Origin: Oikopleura dioica
Taxonomy: Eukaryota > Animalia > Chordata
DNA: 64,000 nt
Reading direction: 5' to 3'
Assembly (NCBI GenBank): GCA_907165135.1
Contig: OU015568.1
Location: 5,766,001-5,830,000 of the forward strand
Shown: piece by piece, positions 37,361 through 50,605 of the stretch
How the letters are laid out: the number at the start of each line of letters is the position of its first letter
Numbering within the stretch: position 1 is the first letter of the stretch
Notes under the pieces: model-generated
The model's input: the letters and a program-made list of their open reading frames with translations, nothing else
Database searches by the model: none
What the model was told of the DNA's origin: nothing
Made by a program: the position numbers and the translations under genes

Positions 37361-40300
37361 ATGAACGATGCTTACTGTATTCTACCATCGTGGGCGCTTG
37401 AAACCGGCCACTTTGATTCCCGCCTCGCCACCGCCGCCAAAATCCAGCAAAAACTGCCTTCCAACGAAGTCTCCACCGCGAAATACACGAAATGGAATTT
37501 CTTTCCGAAAAACTTGTTTCTTCAAATGCACCGATTTGCGAACGTCTATTTCGTTTTCATCGTAATTATCAATTTTGTTCCGGCGACGCAAACGCTAGAT
37601 CCGACTTTGGCGCTTTTTCCGCCGGCTTTCGTGATCGGAGTCAGTTTGATAAAAGGTAAGCATGGAGGTTCTTATCGTTTTTGATGATCGTCCTTTTCAG
37701 ATTTGTACGAGAACATCCGATTAACTCGAGCAGACGACTCGGTCAATTGCACAAGAGCGGAGCGCATCAACAAAGACAAAAGAGCGGAAGAAGTCAGCTG
37801 GAAAGGCGATCCGGGCTCTATTCGAACTTAGCAGAGCTTCAGAATACATTAATCCTACGATTATGCACCCTTAGCGAATTCTCAAGACATCATGAATCCT
37901 GATTTTCCCTCTTGCTTCCTACAAAAGATAACATAAAAGTGACACCCTTATTTCGGTGGATGACAGAATTCTGAAGCCGCTTTCGTATTCGATCTTATAA
38001 TAGAAAGACCGCGCTTCGCGCGGCTTTAATATCGGTTTGACGAAGCCGCGAGCGGCTTCCGGATTCTGTCATTCACCGAAATAAGGGTGTCACTCTTATG
38101 TTAACTTTGGTAGGAAAGGAAGAGGAAAGAGCCTTATCCTTCAGGTCTTTTGGTCGATTCATTCTCCAGAAATGATGCTAACAATGATCGATCGGAACCA
38201 ATTTCGTTTTACCGTTTTTCGTAAATACGGCGTAATAAAAGAAATCCAATAAATCGAGCGCCAGCTTTTTTAAAGAACCCAAACAAAGACCTCCGCGCTG
38301 GCGACGTCATCCGTCTCTATGTCAACGACATCGTCCCCGCCGACATCGTGCTTCTCTACACCACAGACGAAAGGAGCATTTGCTACGTCGACACGATGGA
38401 TTTGGACGGCGAAACCAACCTGAAACAGAAAGAAATCGTCGTGAAAAAGGACTCGTCGCCGTTTGAATTGACGGATTTTCTCGACTTCGGGTTTTTTATT
38501 CGCGCTGAACCGCCAAATGTCGACTTGAATAACTTTCATGGGAGCTTTGAAAGCTACTCGCATCAAGGAACGGGGTTTACTAATTGTCAAGTTTAATGAG
38601 CGGATGAGTGCTTGACTCCTCTCCGACTTGTGACGTTTTACGATAATTGAGTATTGCGATTGCTCTCAGGCAGACAAAACCATGATTAATTTCTTTGATA
38701 AGCTATTCGAAGATCCCCTGAAAAGACCAGTCAAGCGTAATCTACCAGAAAAACATCCTCCTTCGCGGCAGTGCCATCCGAAACACGGATTACATCTTCG
38801 GAATGGTCATCTACCCCGGTCGTTTGAGCAAAGCGGTGATGAACAACGGCGAAAAGCGGAAGAAAGTATCGACTTTTGAAAAAGTAATCAACGGCGACAT
38901 TGGCTACGGAATTCTGTTTCTCTTGCTCATGTGCTCAATCACAGCGTCGATGATCATCCACAACGACGAAGAAGTCCATTGGTACATTCCGGAAGAAAGC
39001 AAAAGAGCGGATTTTATTCAATGGGTTTTTGCGTTCTTGACGATGCTGATTATTCTTCAGAACATCATTCCGATCTCGTTGTATGTTTCCGTCGAATTCA
39101 TAAAACTCGCGCAAGTCTGGATGATCCAACAAGATATCGAGCTGTATTCAGAAGTTTCTGATTCTAGCGTTACTTGCCGAACACTGAACATTGCCGAAGA
39201 ATTGGGGAACATCCAGCATGTTTTCTGCGACAAAACCGGAACGCTCACTGAGAATTCAATGGTCTTCAGGGAAATGTCAGTAGAAGGGATCAAATACCTC
39301 CACCCGGAGCAGGCAAAGATGATCAAAACTGTGACGAAACAAACAAGCGGCCAGAACACGGAGCAGTCGAAAAGCAGTCTTCAGCGAATGCTCTCTGGTA
39401 ATTCGGGAAAAAGCGGAGCGATTCCTCTCAATGGAGGTTTTTCTCGATCGCGACCTGGATCAGCCAGAGCTAGCTTCAGAAGACCAAGGGGAAATATCCA
39501 GCGCTCTCGGCCGAAGAGTCATCATCGTCGAGTTATGAGCGACACGAACTCGATCCGCGATCAAATCATCTCCGATCGGATGAAACAAGTCGACGACGGC
39601 GACGACGACGAGCTCCTTTTCGACGAGAACTTCGTTTTGGAATCAACTGTAAAGCCAGATTTCGAACTGAAAGAACGGCTGACCGAAGAACTGGCGATCC
39701 ATGGAAAACGACGGGGAATGTATTCGTCGAAAACGCTGGATATGTTCCTCAGCCTTGCGATTTGCAATACAGTCGTCATTTCTGTCGAGCAGCAGCAAAA
39801 AGAAGTGAAGCCTTCGAAGAGCAAGCTTTCAAAGCTCTCCTTGCTCACTCCAAGCAGCATCAGAGACAGCGCAAAACGACTCTTCACTCTTGGTCGAGAC
39901 AGCAAATCGGGCGTTGGAAATCCATCTTTTCATATGAACGAAGAAAATGGCGAAAACGGCGGCAGAAACTCGCAGAAAACGGAACTTCCAGCGATTAACG
40001 AGTCGATGGAGCCTTCAGAGACGATTTCTTCCGGCTCTCTTCCCAAAGTTGCTACTCCTGTTAGATTCAAGCCGAATCGACCGACTTCACTTTTGATGCT
40101 TCCGGAAACTCAGGGAAACGTAGCCAAGCCGTCATTTGACAATCTCGCCGTTACACCTCAACTTGCGACCGGCGCAACGACACCAGGAGGAGTGGGAGAA
40201 AATGGGGCGTCTAATGAGTTGCGGCCGGAAGATGCGCTTTACGAAGCAGAGTCGCCGGATGAAGCGGCTTTGGTTAATTGTGCAAAGGTAAGCTGCTAAC

Positions 40301-43300
40301 CATTTATGAAAAAAGACATCGTAAAAATCTTTTTAGGGCTACGGCGTCTCCCTGATGAAACGAGAACTAAGCCGAGTTCTAGTCCAGTGGCCAAATGTTG
40401 AGCAAACGACCGAATACAACATCTGCGCGACACTTCCTTTTGATTCAACTCGAAAAATGATGTCAGTAATCGTCCAAGAAGAGATGAAAAACGCAAATGG
40501 CGAGCGAGCAGATCGCTTCATTCTGTTGACGAAAGGAGCTGACTCGGCCGTTTTTGCGCGACTTCGGAAAGATCAAAATTTTGAAAAAGCAAATGCGGAT
40601 AGCCACGTGGACGATTATGCGAATGCAGGGCTGAGAACGCTCGCTTTTGGGAGAAAAATTTTGGAAGAAGAAGAAGTTGTTCGGGCAAAAGCGGCGATTC
40701 ACAAGGCCGAGAAAGATTTGGACAATTCTGAGGCGCTTCTTCAGGACGTTTACAAGACCATCGAAAAAGATCTGGAACTCCTTGGCGTTACTGCAATCGA
40801 AGATCGTCTCCAAGACGGAGTTCCCGAAACAATCCGGGATTTGCGCAAAGCAGGGCTGGCTGTCTGGATCCTTACTGGCGACAAACTTCAAACCGCGACA
40901 GAAATCGGCAAATTGTGCAACTTGATCAAGCCAAAAGACAGTTTGTTCACCGTCGATTGCGACAGCAAAGACGAGCTGATTCAGAAAATGCGATCGATGA
41001 TGTCTTTCTTCATCGAAGAACTCCCTCGGGCGCAGAAGAAAACGACCAGTTTCAAACCCTTCGATTCCTGTCGAAAGAATAATGAAGAAAAGCCGCACAA
41101 GCCGAATACGATCATGATCATTACGGGAAAGAACCTGAAATGGGCCTTCGACGGAGAGTTCGACAAGAAATCGGACACCTACGAAAACTTCTTGAAAATC
41201 GCTTCTGCTTGCGAAGCCGTCATTTGCTGCCGAGTCACGCCGCTTCAGAAAAGACAGGTTGTCGAGAAAATTGCGAGGTTCAAGAAAGTTAGGACGCTGG
41301 CGATCGGGGATGGCGCTAATGATGTTTCGATGATTCAGGTATATGAAAGAACTGAAGAAAGCGACTGCAAACAATTATTTAGGCCGCAAATGTTGGAATT
41401 GGAATTTCGGGGAAAGAAGGTCGCCAAGCGGTTCTCGTTTCTGACTTTGCTGTTCCTCGATTCAAGTAAGAATACCCCTCTTTTTGCTTTTGATGATGGT
41501 TCTAGATTTCTCTCTCGACTGCTGTTCGTGCATGGACACTGGAACTATGCTCGACTGGCGTCGATGATCAAATACTTTTTCTTCAAAAACACCGTTTTCG
41601 TCCTTCCTAGCTTCTTCTTTCAATTTCTTTGCTTGTCTTCCACGGAGAAAGACCGGCTCGAGACGCATCTTTACTTGTATAATACTGTATTTACTAGGTA
41701 AGGATGATTCAAAGCTATTTTTTTATTAATTTTACAAGCACAATTCCAATTTTCGTCGCCGTCTTCGACAAAATCCTGCCGGCACACATGCTCGCCACGA
41801 ACCCTCAAGTTTACGATCCCTCTTCAAAGATGACCTACTACTCGCACATGAGCTACGTCGGCGCCATGTTCGAAGCTCTCTGGCACGCGATCGTTCAATT
41901 CTGCTTTCTGTACTTTGGATATCGAGAATCGAGAGGAGGAGGCGAAAATCCCTATTTTCATACTTCCATCGATTTGGCCCAGTTTAGCCAAGTTTCCGTG
42001 TTGCTTTCTGTCTTGTCTGGATTCTTTTCCTTCGCTTTAGGTAAAATACTCCTCAATATCAAAATTAAAACTCATCATTGTTTTCAGATATTTACGCCTT
42101 CAACTGGATCATTTGGCTGTTCTTTGCACTCTCCATTGTTGTCCTTATCTGTGTCGACTTTACTTATGGCATCGTAATAACAGACAGCACCCTTATTTAT
42201 CAGTCTTATACGCCTCTTTTTGTTCATGGAGTTCTTTATTTTATTGGTAAGTTTCTCGATTCTTTGAAGATTTTTGGCGAAGTATCGATAATTCGAGCTC
42301 AAAATGGTCGATTAAGGGTGTCCCCAACGATCGAGGCCGAGACTGTCTAATTCGGTGACTCAAATTTTTCTTCTTATTTAGGAAATTCTGATTCCGAACC
42401 TTTTTTCAGATCTTCAATATCTTATCTACTTCTCGAGATATGGCATTTTCTATGAGCCCGCTAATGCACTAGCCTTCGATAGAAATGCACTGTGAAAGTG
42501 GCTATTTTGAAATTCTCAATAAGGTGAAGCAAATTATATATCTCCTGAAAGCTTGGAAAATTTCCTTTCTGCTGATACCATTTTCAAAAAGATCCGATGA
42601 ATTTTACTTATTGTTAGAGCGCGTCAAAACTCGAAAACACCTGCTCTTTGGCGCCGGAAAAGGGGATTAACCTACTTATCGGTGCACAATCTGAGCTCAT
42701 GGGAGCCTTGTTGAAGGATCGAACTATATTCTGACTGAAATTCGGAAATAAATCAAGCGAGAAGATCCCCAAATTTGGTTCAAATTTTGTTAAAATCATC
42801 ATTTTATATATTGTATATTTATATATGCATTTGATATAATTATAAGAAATCTGTCTCGATTAATGCAGAGAGAAGTGTTCAAGCAACATAATTCTTTTCA
42901 AAATTTGAAATTTGAACGAGTAGATTTCGAGAAAAACGATCTCAAAGTTACCCGAGATTACAGAAGTCGACCTTCTTTGAAGCGGCGGTAGGGGATTAAT
43001 GGATCAAAATCTACAAAATCTGTCTCGATTAATGCAGAAAGAAGGGTCCAAATAATAATATTCAAATTGATTTTTTATGTAAAAACTATCCGATTAGTAG
43101 AATTATTAACTCAAAGTTGATCCTGTTTCAAAAAAATCGTTGGGGACACCCTTAAATGGGTGAATGAGGCTTAAGTTAATTAGCCAATCAGAGGAAAGCG
43201 CGCTTTTTAAAATCCTATATTGCGCTAAAAATGTCAATTTTCGCTAAAAATCTATAACTTCTTTTTTGAAGTGCTACAGTAAATTCCCATTTTCAGTCCC

Positions 43301-43454
43301 AATCGTGATCCTGATCTGCATCCTTCCAAAAGTCATCCTCAAACTCTACCGCAACGAGTTCAAACCCTCGCCGACGACGAAATTAAAACTGGCGAAGCGC
43401 GAATTGAAAAATCAAAAGTCAAAAAGTACCTATTGCGTTCCAACCAAATGCTGA
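37361..43454 (+). CDS. P4-type ATPase phospholipid flippase, ATP10-like
   Basis: NEVSTAKYTKWNFFPKNL, DLDGETNLK, IIPISLYVSVE, DKTGTLTEN, ESPDEAALV, GVTAIEDRLQ, LTGDK, AIGDGANDVSMI, LLFVHGHWNYAR. Confidence 0.95.
37905..38130. mobile_element. Foldback MITE in flippase intron
   Basis: ~75-bp inverted arms (AACATAA(A/G)AGTGACACCCTTATTTCGGTG(G/A)ATGACAGAAT) around CCGCGCTTCGCGCGG. Confidence 0.8.
42316..43151. mobile_element. TTAA-flanked non-autonomous element with GG termini (Kolobok-like), 836 bp
   Basis: TTAA|GGGTGTCCCCAACGAT...ATCGTTGGGGACACCC|TTAA, perfect 16-bp TIR; inside a flippase intron. Confidence 0.85.
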
Positions 43455-43774
43455 AAAGTTCTGCTACTACTATTTATTCTTTCATTCCTTTTTTTTATGC
43501 AAAATTTACTACTCAAAAACAAGCGTGCAATAAATTTTTAACGACAATCAATTTTCCAAATAAATGACGAAAAATTTAAATAATTAACCGTTTATTACTG
43601 TAAATTGAAAAAGTTTGGAATTTCAGAGAAGAACTTTTCTGCGCATGGAATTGGTAAGTAGGGCAGTTTCCTCGTCCGGGCTCGCCGGCACTCCGGAGGA
43701 AGAAATTCGGCTCATGCTCGGTTGACTCAGACTCGTTATTCGAACCTATGAATTGATAGAGCCTTATTTCAAGA

Positions 43775-46330
43775 TTAAAATTTTACCGCTGGTTCGAATG
43801 CAGTAGGTGTCGCTGTTTTCGAGCGAGCCAATGATCGAGCGGATGCGATTTTAGATGGAATTGGCGAAAGTGAAGCGTAGCCACCGGTAAAGCCTGAAAG
43901 AAGGAAAGTAAATATTGACCAATCAGAGGCGGGATGGGCATTTTCGTTATTGGGACAAGCTCGAGTAGCGTTTTTTGGCAATAGATTCTCCTCATATTTA
44001 AAAAAAAAAGTTGCCCGATTTCTTCATTCATATTGCGCGCGAGGCCTTCTGATTGGCTAATTGCTCGTACCTGTCGGGGAATGTGGACTCATGGATCTTT
44101 GAATGAGTGGATCTTCGTCAGCTCTGATCTCAATTTTCTCCATGTTGGAATTTGAATTATTTTTCGTCTTTTTCGAATTCGTCGAGTTTCCGGAAGTGAT
44201 GATTGCTCCGTTTTCCAGCTTTTCTTCCTTCTGTTTCTTTCTTCTGAAGCTGATGAACTTCCAAAGCGTGAAGAGAAAGACCGCAAGAGTGAGGGCGATA
44301 AAACCAGAGAAGAATTCTAGCGCGTTTCCGCAGTAGAGCGACTTTTGATGAGTTTCGTAGCTTTTGTACTCTGCAGTTTTCAGCGCCATTTTTTCTGAAG
44401 AATAAGTTTTAGCGATGATTGTTGAGTGACCAAGATTGTCGATTCCATTTTGATGATGAGGCCCAAGATTGTCAATTTTTGAATTTGATCAATGATAGGC
44501 GAAAATTGACAATCTTGGACGATCTTCTCGAAGATAAATCTACAGTTTTTGTGTTTATTTTTGTTAGGTGACCAAGATTGTCGATTTCAATTCAAAGTCG
44601 AGGCCCAAGATTGTCAATTTTCAGATTTCTAGCTGCTTGATTTTTCGCGCTCATTCATCGAAAATCAACAATTTAGGGCGCCGTTTTCGAGATAAATCAA
44701 TAATTTTAGGACTCTTGGATTTTCCTTACCGTTGTGAATTTTCAGCTCATGCCTCAGTTCTTCCAGTTCCTTCTCAAATTTTTCAATTTCTCCTTCCAAT
44801 TCTTTCTTTTCCGCTTCAAATTTCCTCGCGTTATTTTCAATCGCAATTTTCAACTGCGAATTTTCGTCGAATAGATTTTGCGATTCTTGAATCTTTTCAC
44901 TGAGCGCTGTTTCGGTTTCTTTTTGAGTTTTGAGATTTCGGTGGAGAGCCATTTCTACCTTTGTTTTTTCCATGAAGGCTGAGGATAAGCGCTCTTCGCA
45001 GCCCATATTTTTGTCTGAAGAAGATTTTCATGAGGAGATTTTTGAATCATGAGGGGGTTAAAAATTGATGGAGCTGGTCATAAAGGGGGCTCCGGGGCTC
45101 GGCAACCTGTAAAGAATATCTGAGTCAGGGTCTCAAAGATCTTAAATGAAAAGCCGCCCAGCGGCTTTTTCGACAACGTAGCCGCGAAGCGGCTTCACGA
45201 GATTTTCTATTGGACCTTTTTTTTAAGCAGCTTTTTATTAAAGATCTGTGAGACCCTGACTCAGCTTTTCTATACAGGTTGCCTTAAGGATGTCCACCCC
45301 CTTATTTTCATCTCGGCCAATTCTTACCTTTTGAATCAAAAATCTGCAGCTGCGTCGGGCTCTGCATGAAAAACGCCTTTTCCGTAACATCGACTTCGTA
45401 GTTCATTTTTTGCGTCTTCAAAATCACCTTGTTGTCTTCAAAATGCTCTTCGTCGATGTAAAGGCCGTAATTTTCGTCACTTCCGAAGCTTGTTTCGATT
45501 TCTTGGCCGTTTTCGCGCAGCCACGTGACTCGTCCCGTCAAGTTTGAAATTTGCACTTTCATCAAATAAAAACTGCGAGGGATGATCGGCTCGAGCGGGC
45601 ATCCCCAGAGAGAATTGGCAAAGTCAACAGGCGAGCAAGTTCCATCTTTGAATCGACATTCCGGGTCTTCAAGAGCTTGGCACGCCGCACAATCGCTGCC
45701 GGCTTTTTCGCAACTGGAAAGTGCAAATTTGTTCGAATTGGCTTCTTTGAAAAGGACGCCGTGCTCGTATTGCCATTGTTCGTCCGAGTCTAGAAACAAA
45801 CTCTGCTCTGACGGAAGCGATATTTCCTGCTCGGCCACGGTTTTTTGGCGACCTTCTTTTGAAACTAGAATTTTTGATAGAAGGGACGTTGATTCGTTGT
45901 AAATGACTGTTTTTCAGATTCTACAATTGGTCAGCTGAATAACGAATATTCTCATCAAGCCTTCTGATTGGCTCTTTTCCCGACCAATCAGAATGCGTTC
46001 CAAGGGAGCCTTAAAGCATCATGGTTGGCTTTTTTTCCGGCAAATCAAAAGGCGTTTCAAAAGAGCCTTTAAGCGTTCTGATTGGTTGAAAAAATGGACC
46101 AATCAGAATCATGATTAAAAAACTCGTTATTGAAACATCAAGCTGTAGAATCCGATTCCTAAAACTGTAAATTCTTCAGTAATTTTCGAAAACAATACGA
46201 TTGAAGAAGTCGAAATTTCAGTTATAAAGTCAGCTTCGCATTCCGTAGCATTTTTGCAGAGCAAATTCAAAGTCGAGTTTTTCGTCCAAGTTCCCAAAAT
46301 TGAGTCTGGAGACTTTATCAGAGCCAATCT
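43775..46330 (-). CDS. Single-pass membrane protein with PSI-like Cys motif and coiled coil
   Basis: Exons CEKAGSDCAACQALEDPECRF..C (45308-45838), coiled coil (44665-45006), TM FFSGFIALTLAVFLFTLW, tail spliced to ...FEPAVKF*. 5' end unresolved. Confidence 0.6.
45095..45283. mobile_element. Family A MITE (intronic)
   Basis: GGCTCGGCAACCTGT...ACAGGTTGCC with AAGCCGC hairpins. Confidence 0.8.
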
Positions 46331-46772
46331 TCTCCTTAGGTTTTTAAAATGAAAATTTCTTAGTAATTTATTCTCAGAATTTTTTCAATAAAAAACCCTT
46401 TCCTGGAACTAGAACATTCTCCATTCCTACTGCAGCAGCTCGGAATACAGTCATTTTTTCCTTCCTCTTCATCCTCGCTCATCTCTTACTGTACCCTCTC
46501 TCTGTTTTTGTGACTGTAGCTAAAAACGATGATGGAGCAGGTGTTTGTCAAAATTTCAGTCTTTTTCGCGCGGTCGGTTCTATTCCGATTCTCCCCGAGC
46601 GCGGTCACCGGCCGCTTACTCCCCCGACTGGCATTTCTATCAAATGCATTTTTGATAAACACCCGCTCTTTCTCGCTGTAGTGGGGGCTCCCCAGGGGAC
46701 ATTCAAAATTTAAAAATTCCCTCTTTCAAAAAGCCTCTTTCAAATTAATTTTTAAAAATTAATTATTGATTA

Positions 46773-47508
46773 CCGTGGTTTTCCATTTTAAGAGCGTTTT
46801 TTGGATGACAGGCCTCGCTCAAATCGCTCTTAGATTGGAAATTTTTCAATCAAGGTAGGATGACAGTGGGATTTTCAATTTTTCCGTTTGACAAATTGTA
46901 AATATCGCTCGGTCATTTTCAATCCTGTGACAACCTTGTGTTCTGCAATTACAAAAAAAAAGATCCGATGTTTTCTTGACGATTTCATCGTCGATCATGA
47001 TCATCTGAACATCAAGGAGGAAGATCTAGTGAACAAAGCGAACGAAATCTTCATGAACATGAATCCAGCAATCTTCAAGCGCTCTTGGATCAATACTGGG
47101 CTGATCAAGGAGGAAGAATTCGAAGGAGCTGTTGAAGATTTTGAGGACTTGGATGTTTTGGAAAGTGTGCTGGAGAAAGAAGACGAGGAAGAGCTGGTCG
47201 AGCATTTTCTGGCGCTTCAAATCGATGAAACACGAGCCGCAACCCCGATGGAGATTGAAAAGGAACCTCAAGTTCAAGTGATAGAGAGTGCCGACACTGC
47301 GAAGCCTTCGACTTCAAAATGGCCAGAAAAGCAGTCGAGGATTACAAAATTTTTTAATAAATGATTCACTGTAAGTCTAAAAATTTTTTGATTTTTAATA
47401 AAAATCTTAAAAAACGCTCTTAAACTGGAATTTCGGCAGATGACAACATTTTCAAAATATACGCAAAAACGCTCTTAAAGTGGGCGCTCTTAAAATGGAA
47501 AACCACGG
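46773..47508 (+). mobile_element. Internally deleted pogo/Tigger-like (Tc1/mariner) element
   Basis: TA|CCGTGGTTTTCCATTTTAAGAGCG...CGCTCTTAAAATGGAAAACCACGG|TA; residual frame IFKRSWINTGLI...KQSRITKFF resembles pogo transposase C-termini. Confidence 0.8.
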
Positions 47509-48137
47509 TATTTGATTATTAATTAAACATTCGGTATTAATTTTATCGAGCTTATTTTTTAAGGGTGTCACCATCTTAACTGATTTTTACTCTCTCCAAG
47601 TGATCGCTATTTTTAAGGATTCTAGAGCTCCATAAAATCCGTTAAAAAAGGGCATTTGCGAAAAATTTTCCGTTAACATGGTTACCCCCTTATTTCAATT
47701 TTTTCAAAGAACGAAGAACATTTTAAACTTCATTTACCTTCTACCTTTTTTGATTGAATGTTGTCTCTATTGGAATGGTAGAAAAATCTGTGAAAAATTA
47801 AATTCTAGCGAGGTTACTAACAGTGTGATTTCGTCGAAGAGTTTTTTTCTTCAAAGAAGACAATGGCTCAATGGCCACCTGAGTCAAGCGCTTTCACACT
47901 CCACCACCTTTTCTTTTTCTCTCTCGAGATCCTGACCTGGCAGAATTCAAAAATTTTTAAGAATCTAATTTTAAATTTTTCTTACAAATAATTATTTATT
48001 TCTCCAGAATCAAGGTTTGGTCAAAAAACATTTATTTTCAGCTAAACAGGGTAAAATAACGAGCATTTTTGTAAAGAAAAGTGTCAATTTTTCCGGAAAA
48101 AAACATGAAAATTTAGGTGAAAAAATGGAGGAGAAAT

Positions 48138-49234
48138 TTATTCTGAAGTTTTTTGCTCTTCGTTTTCGCACTTTTTGGGCTGAGCATAGGCTGAATCCAT
48201 GACTTGTCGATCCATCGTCATCAGTTCTTTGATCATCTCCTCAATTTGGGCGGACAAGTCCTCGTTGTTGGCAAAAACTGCCATTTTTTCGCGAAAAGTC
48301 GTGATTTTTGGATATTCTAAGGAAGAAAAGCGTCATTTTCAAACAGCAAAAACGACCTACTTTCCGGGCAGAATTGGTAGCCAACGTAAGTAGCGTTGTA
48401 GAAAGAGCAGGAGATGGAAATATCAGCGATTGTTGGCGATTCTCCGGTAAGATAGTCGCCTTTCTTGAAGAGGTGGTTTTCCATGAAGTCGAATTTTTCC
48501 TCCATCACCTGAAAAATGCATATTTTTCGGCCCTCTTGAGATTTCTACCTTGAGTTTTTCCTGATCAGGAGCGGCGTTGTGCAACCAGATCGGATAGATG
48601 TACTCCCCGATGGCTCGGTAAAGGGTTCCGAGATCGAAGTTCAAGAGGTAGTCGACTTTTGCACGAGCTTCAAGATCGGCTTGATCTAGGGTGGGCGAGA
48701 GCTTTGGCGGAAAATGAGAGACTCTTCCTTCTAAAAAGGTGTCTTCCAACAACGACCGGGGTAATTTCCATCATGGTCCATTCATGGAGCTTTATCACAC
48801 GCACTGATTGGTCAATCAGCCCGTTCGTTGTTGGAGGACCCCTTGTAGGAACGACTCAAGCTTTTGCGCACCCTAAGACCTGGATAGAACTTGTTTTCTT
48901 TGTCGAATTTGTTGCATAAGTACTGCATGATCGCCCTGAAAATTATCCCTATCGCTCAATACTCGCTCTTTCTACCTTGATTCCCAGAGAACAAAGTCGC
49001 CATCCTTGATGGTTGGAACGAGATGAGCCGGATTCATCGCAACAAAATCATCCGCCATCTGCTCTCCCTTCATCAAGTGAATTTGTTTCACAGAGTGCTC
49101 GATTTCCAGCGCTTTTGCTGTCTTTTTTCGGGTTTACCAGGAAATTTTTTTTCGCGAATTTTTTGATTATGAACCCGTTTCAGGAGAACTGCTCTGCAAG
49201 GAGCAGAAACGACCATCGCGTAAATTTCGACCAT
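48138..49234 (-). CDS. Glutathione S-transferase (theta/delta-like)
   Basis: [65 protein letters not shown]. Confidence 0.92.
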
Positions 49235-49711
49235 TTTCAATTCAAATCTAAATATTTTAATCAATATTTGTCTCTTACTTTTTGTGCTGAAGACGAAGAG
49301 GAGTCGGAGAGGAAAAAGTAAAGTTTGAGAAGTAACTTCCAAAACATGCCTCATTTGATGCGTGGGACTCAAGAGATACGGAAATTATTATTGACTTCTG
49401 CAGAGTGCGGTGGTTCTTCGGCCCTTAGTTTGAGGCATTCAGTAATTTTTTCATTTGCTTTTTTTAAGTTCGTAAAATGGCAAGTGTCGTCTGATTCGAA
49501 ATTCAAATTGCGTGTTTTTAAAGTTGATCCGTGATCATGTGTTATTACGATCTCAGCCGGGATTATTAAATGTCACGGCGTAATTCAAACTATCGTGGAC
49601 CGAGCTTTGATTTCCAGCTTTTGACTTTGATCCGCGGTCTACAGCGCCACCTGAGCTAATCGCGAGTTCTATATAAAAAAGTTCACGCAGCGAGTTACCA
49701 TAAATCGCAAA

Positions 49712-50420
49712 ATGAAGATTTTCGGATTTTTTGCCACTGTTGCCCAGGCCAACATCAGGGACAAACTTGATCAGCGACATGAGAATTTTCTCACGTGAGA
49801 AATTTCCCTCTTCCCTTTTTAATATTTTTTTCAGGAAAGTGAGAGGAGAAGGAAGAAATGGATTTGCAAACCGGTTCGACAACAAGATCAAAAAAGCAAT
49901 CAGATCAATTCCTGAGGCTCATATGTTCGTCAAAAACTGCGAGACGGCCTGGCCAGAGGATGAGGATGCTGAAGCTGATGCTCCTTTCAACGAGGATTCG
50001 GGTAAGAAAATAACATTTTCCGCCAAAATTTTGGGGGTGGTGTCTGGAACCCATTAAAAATTTCGACAAATTTTACGTGGAAATTTTCAACCAATCAGAA
50101 CCCTGGATTCGGCAAACCGGCGAATCAGCAGCCGAGTACCCGCCTACGCAAAATTTGTCGAAAATTTTTTGTCGGTTCCAGACACCACCCCGAATTTTTG
50201 AGGGAGCTCTTTTTTTGAAATTTTTTATTTGATTTATTCAGCCACAACTTGCCAATTTGGCCGAAAAGTCGCGCGATCCTACCTTCGCTGGGTTTCAAAC
50301 AACCTCTGCCTCGACGATGTTCCAAATGCAACTCGAAAAGCGAAAACTATCGAGCGAAAATTCGACAATGTCATCAATCTCATGTGGAAGGACATTTACT
50401 GCGCTGATGAGGAGCCCTGA
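49712..50420 (+). CDS. Small secreted protein, unknown function
   Basis: Signal-like MKIFGFFATVAQA; three exons with GT-AG junctions ending ...KDIYCADEEP*. Confidence 0.6.
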
Positions 50421-50605
50421 AAACCGGTAGTTTGAAAAGCAGATTAATGAAATTCAATCTGGTCATTTTTGTCATTCAATAAATTTCTCCATTGGAAACT
50501 TTTTCGATCAAATAATGTTCTCATTGTTCCCAAATCTGTCCATTCTCTTTTCCATTTTCTCATTAACCAGTCCCAAAAGATCAAATATAAAAAATCAAAA
50601 AAAAA

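Noticed and set aside
38572-38728. GA-AG intron after flippase SHQ
   Set aside because: It fits the GA...AAAAG pattern, but a canonical GT-AG alternative (TNCQ|SSVI) is also in frame, so it was not counted.
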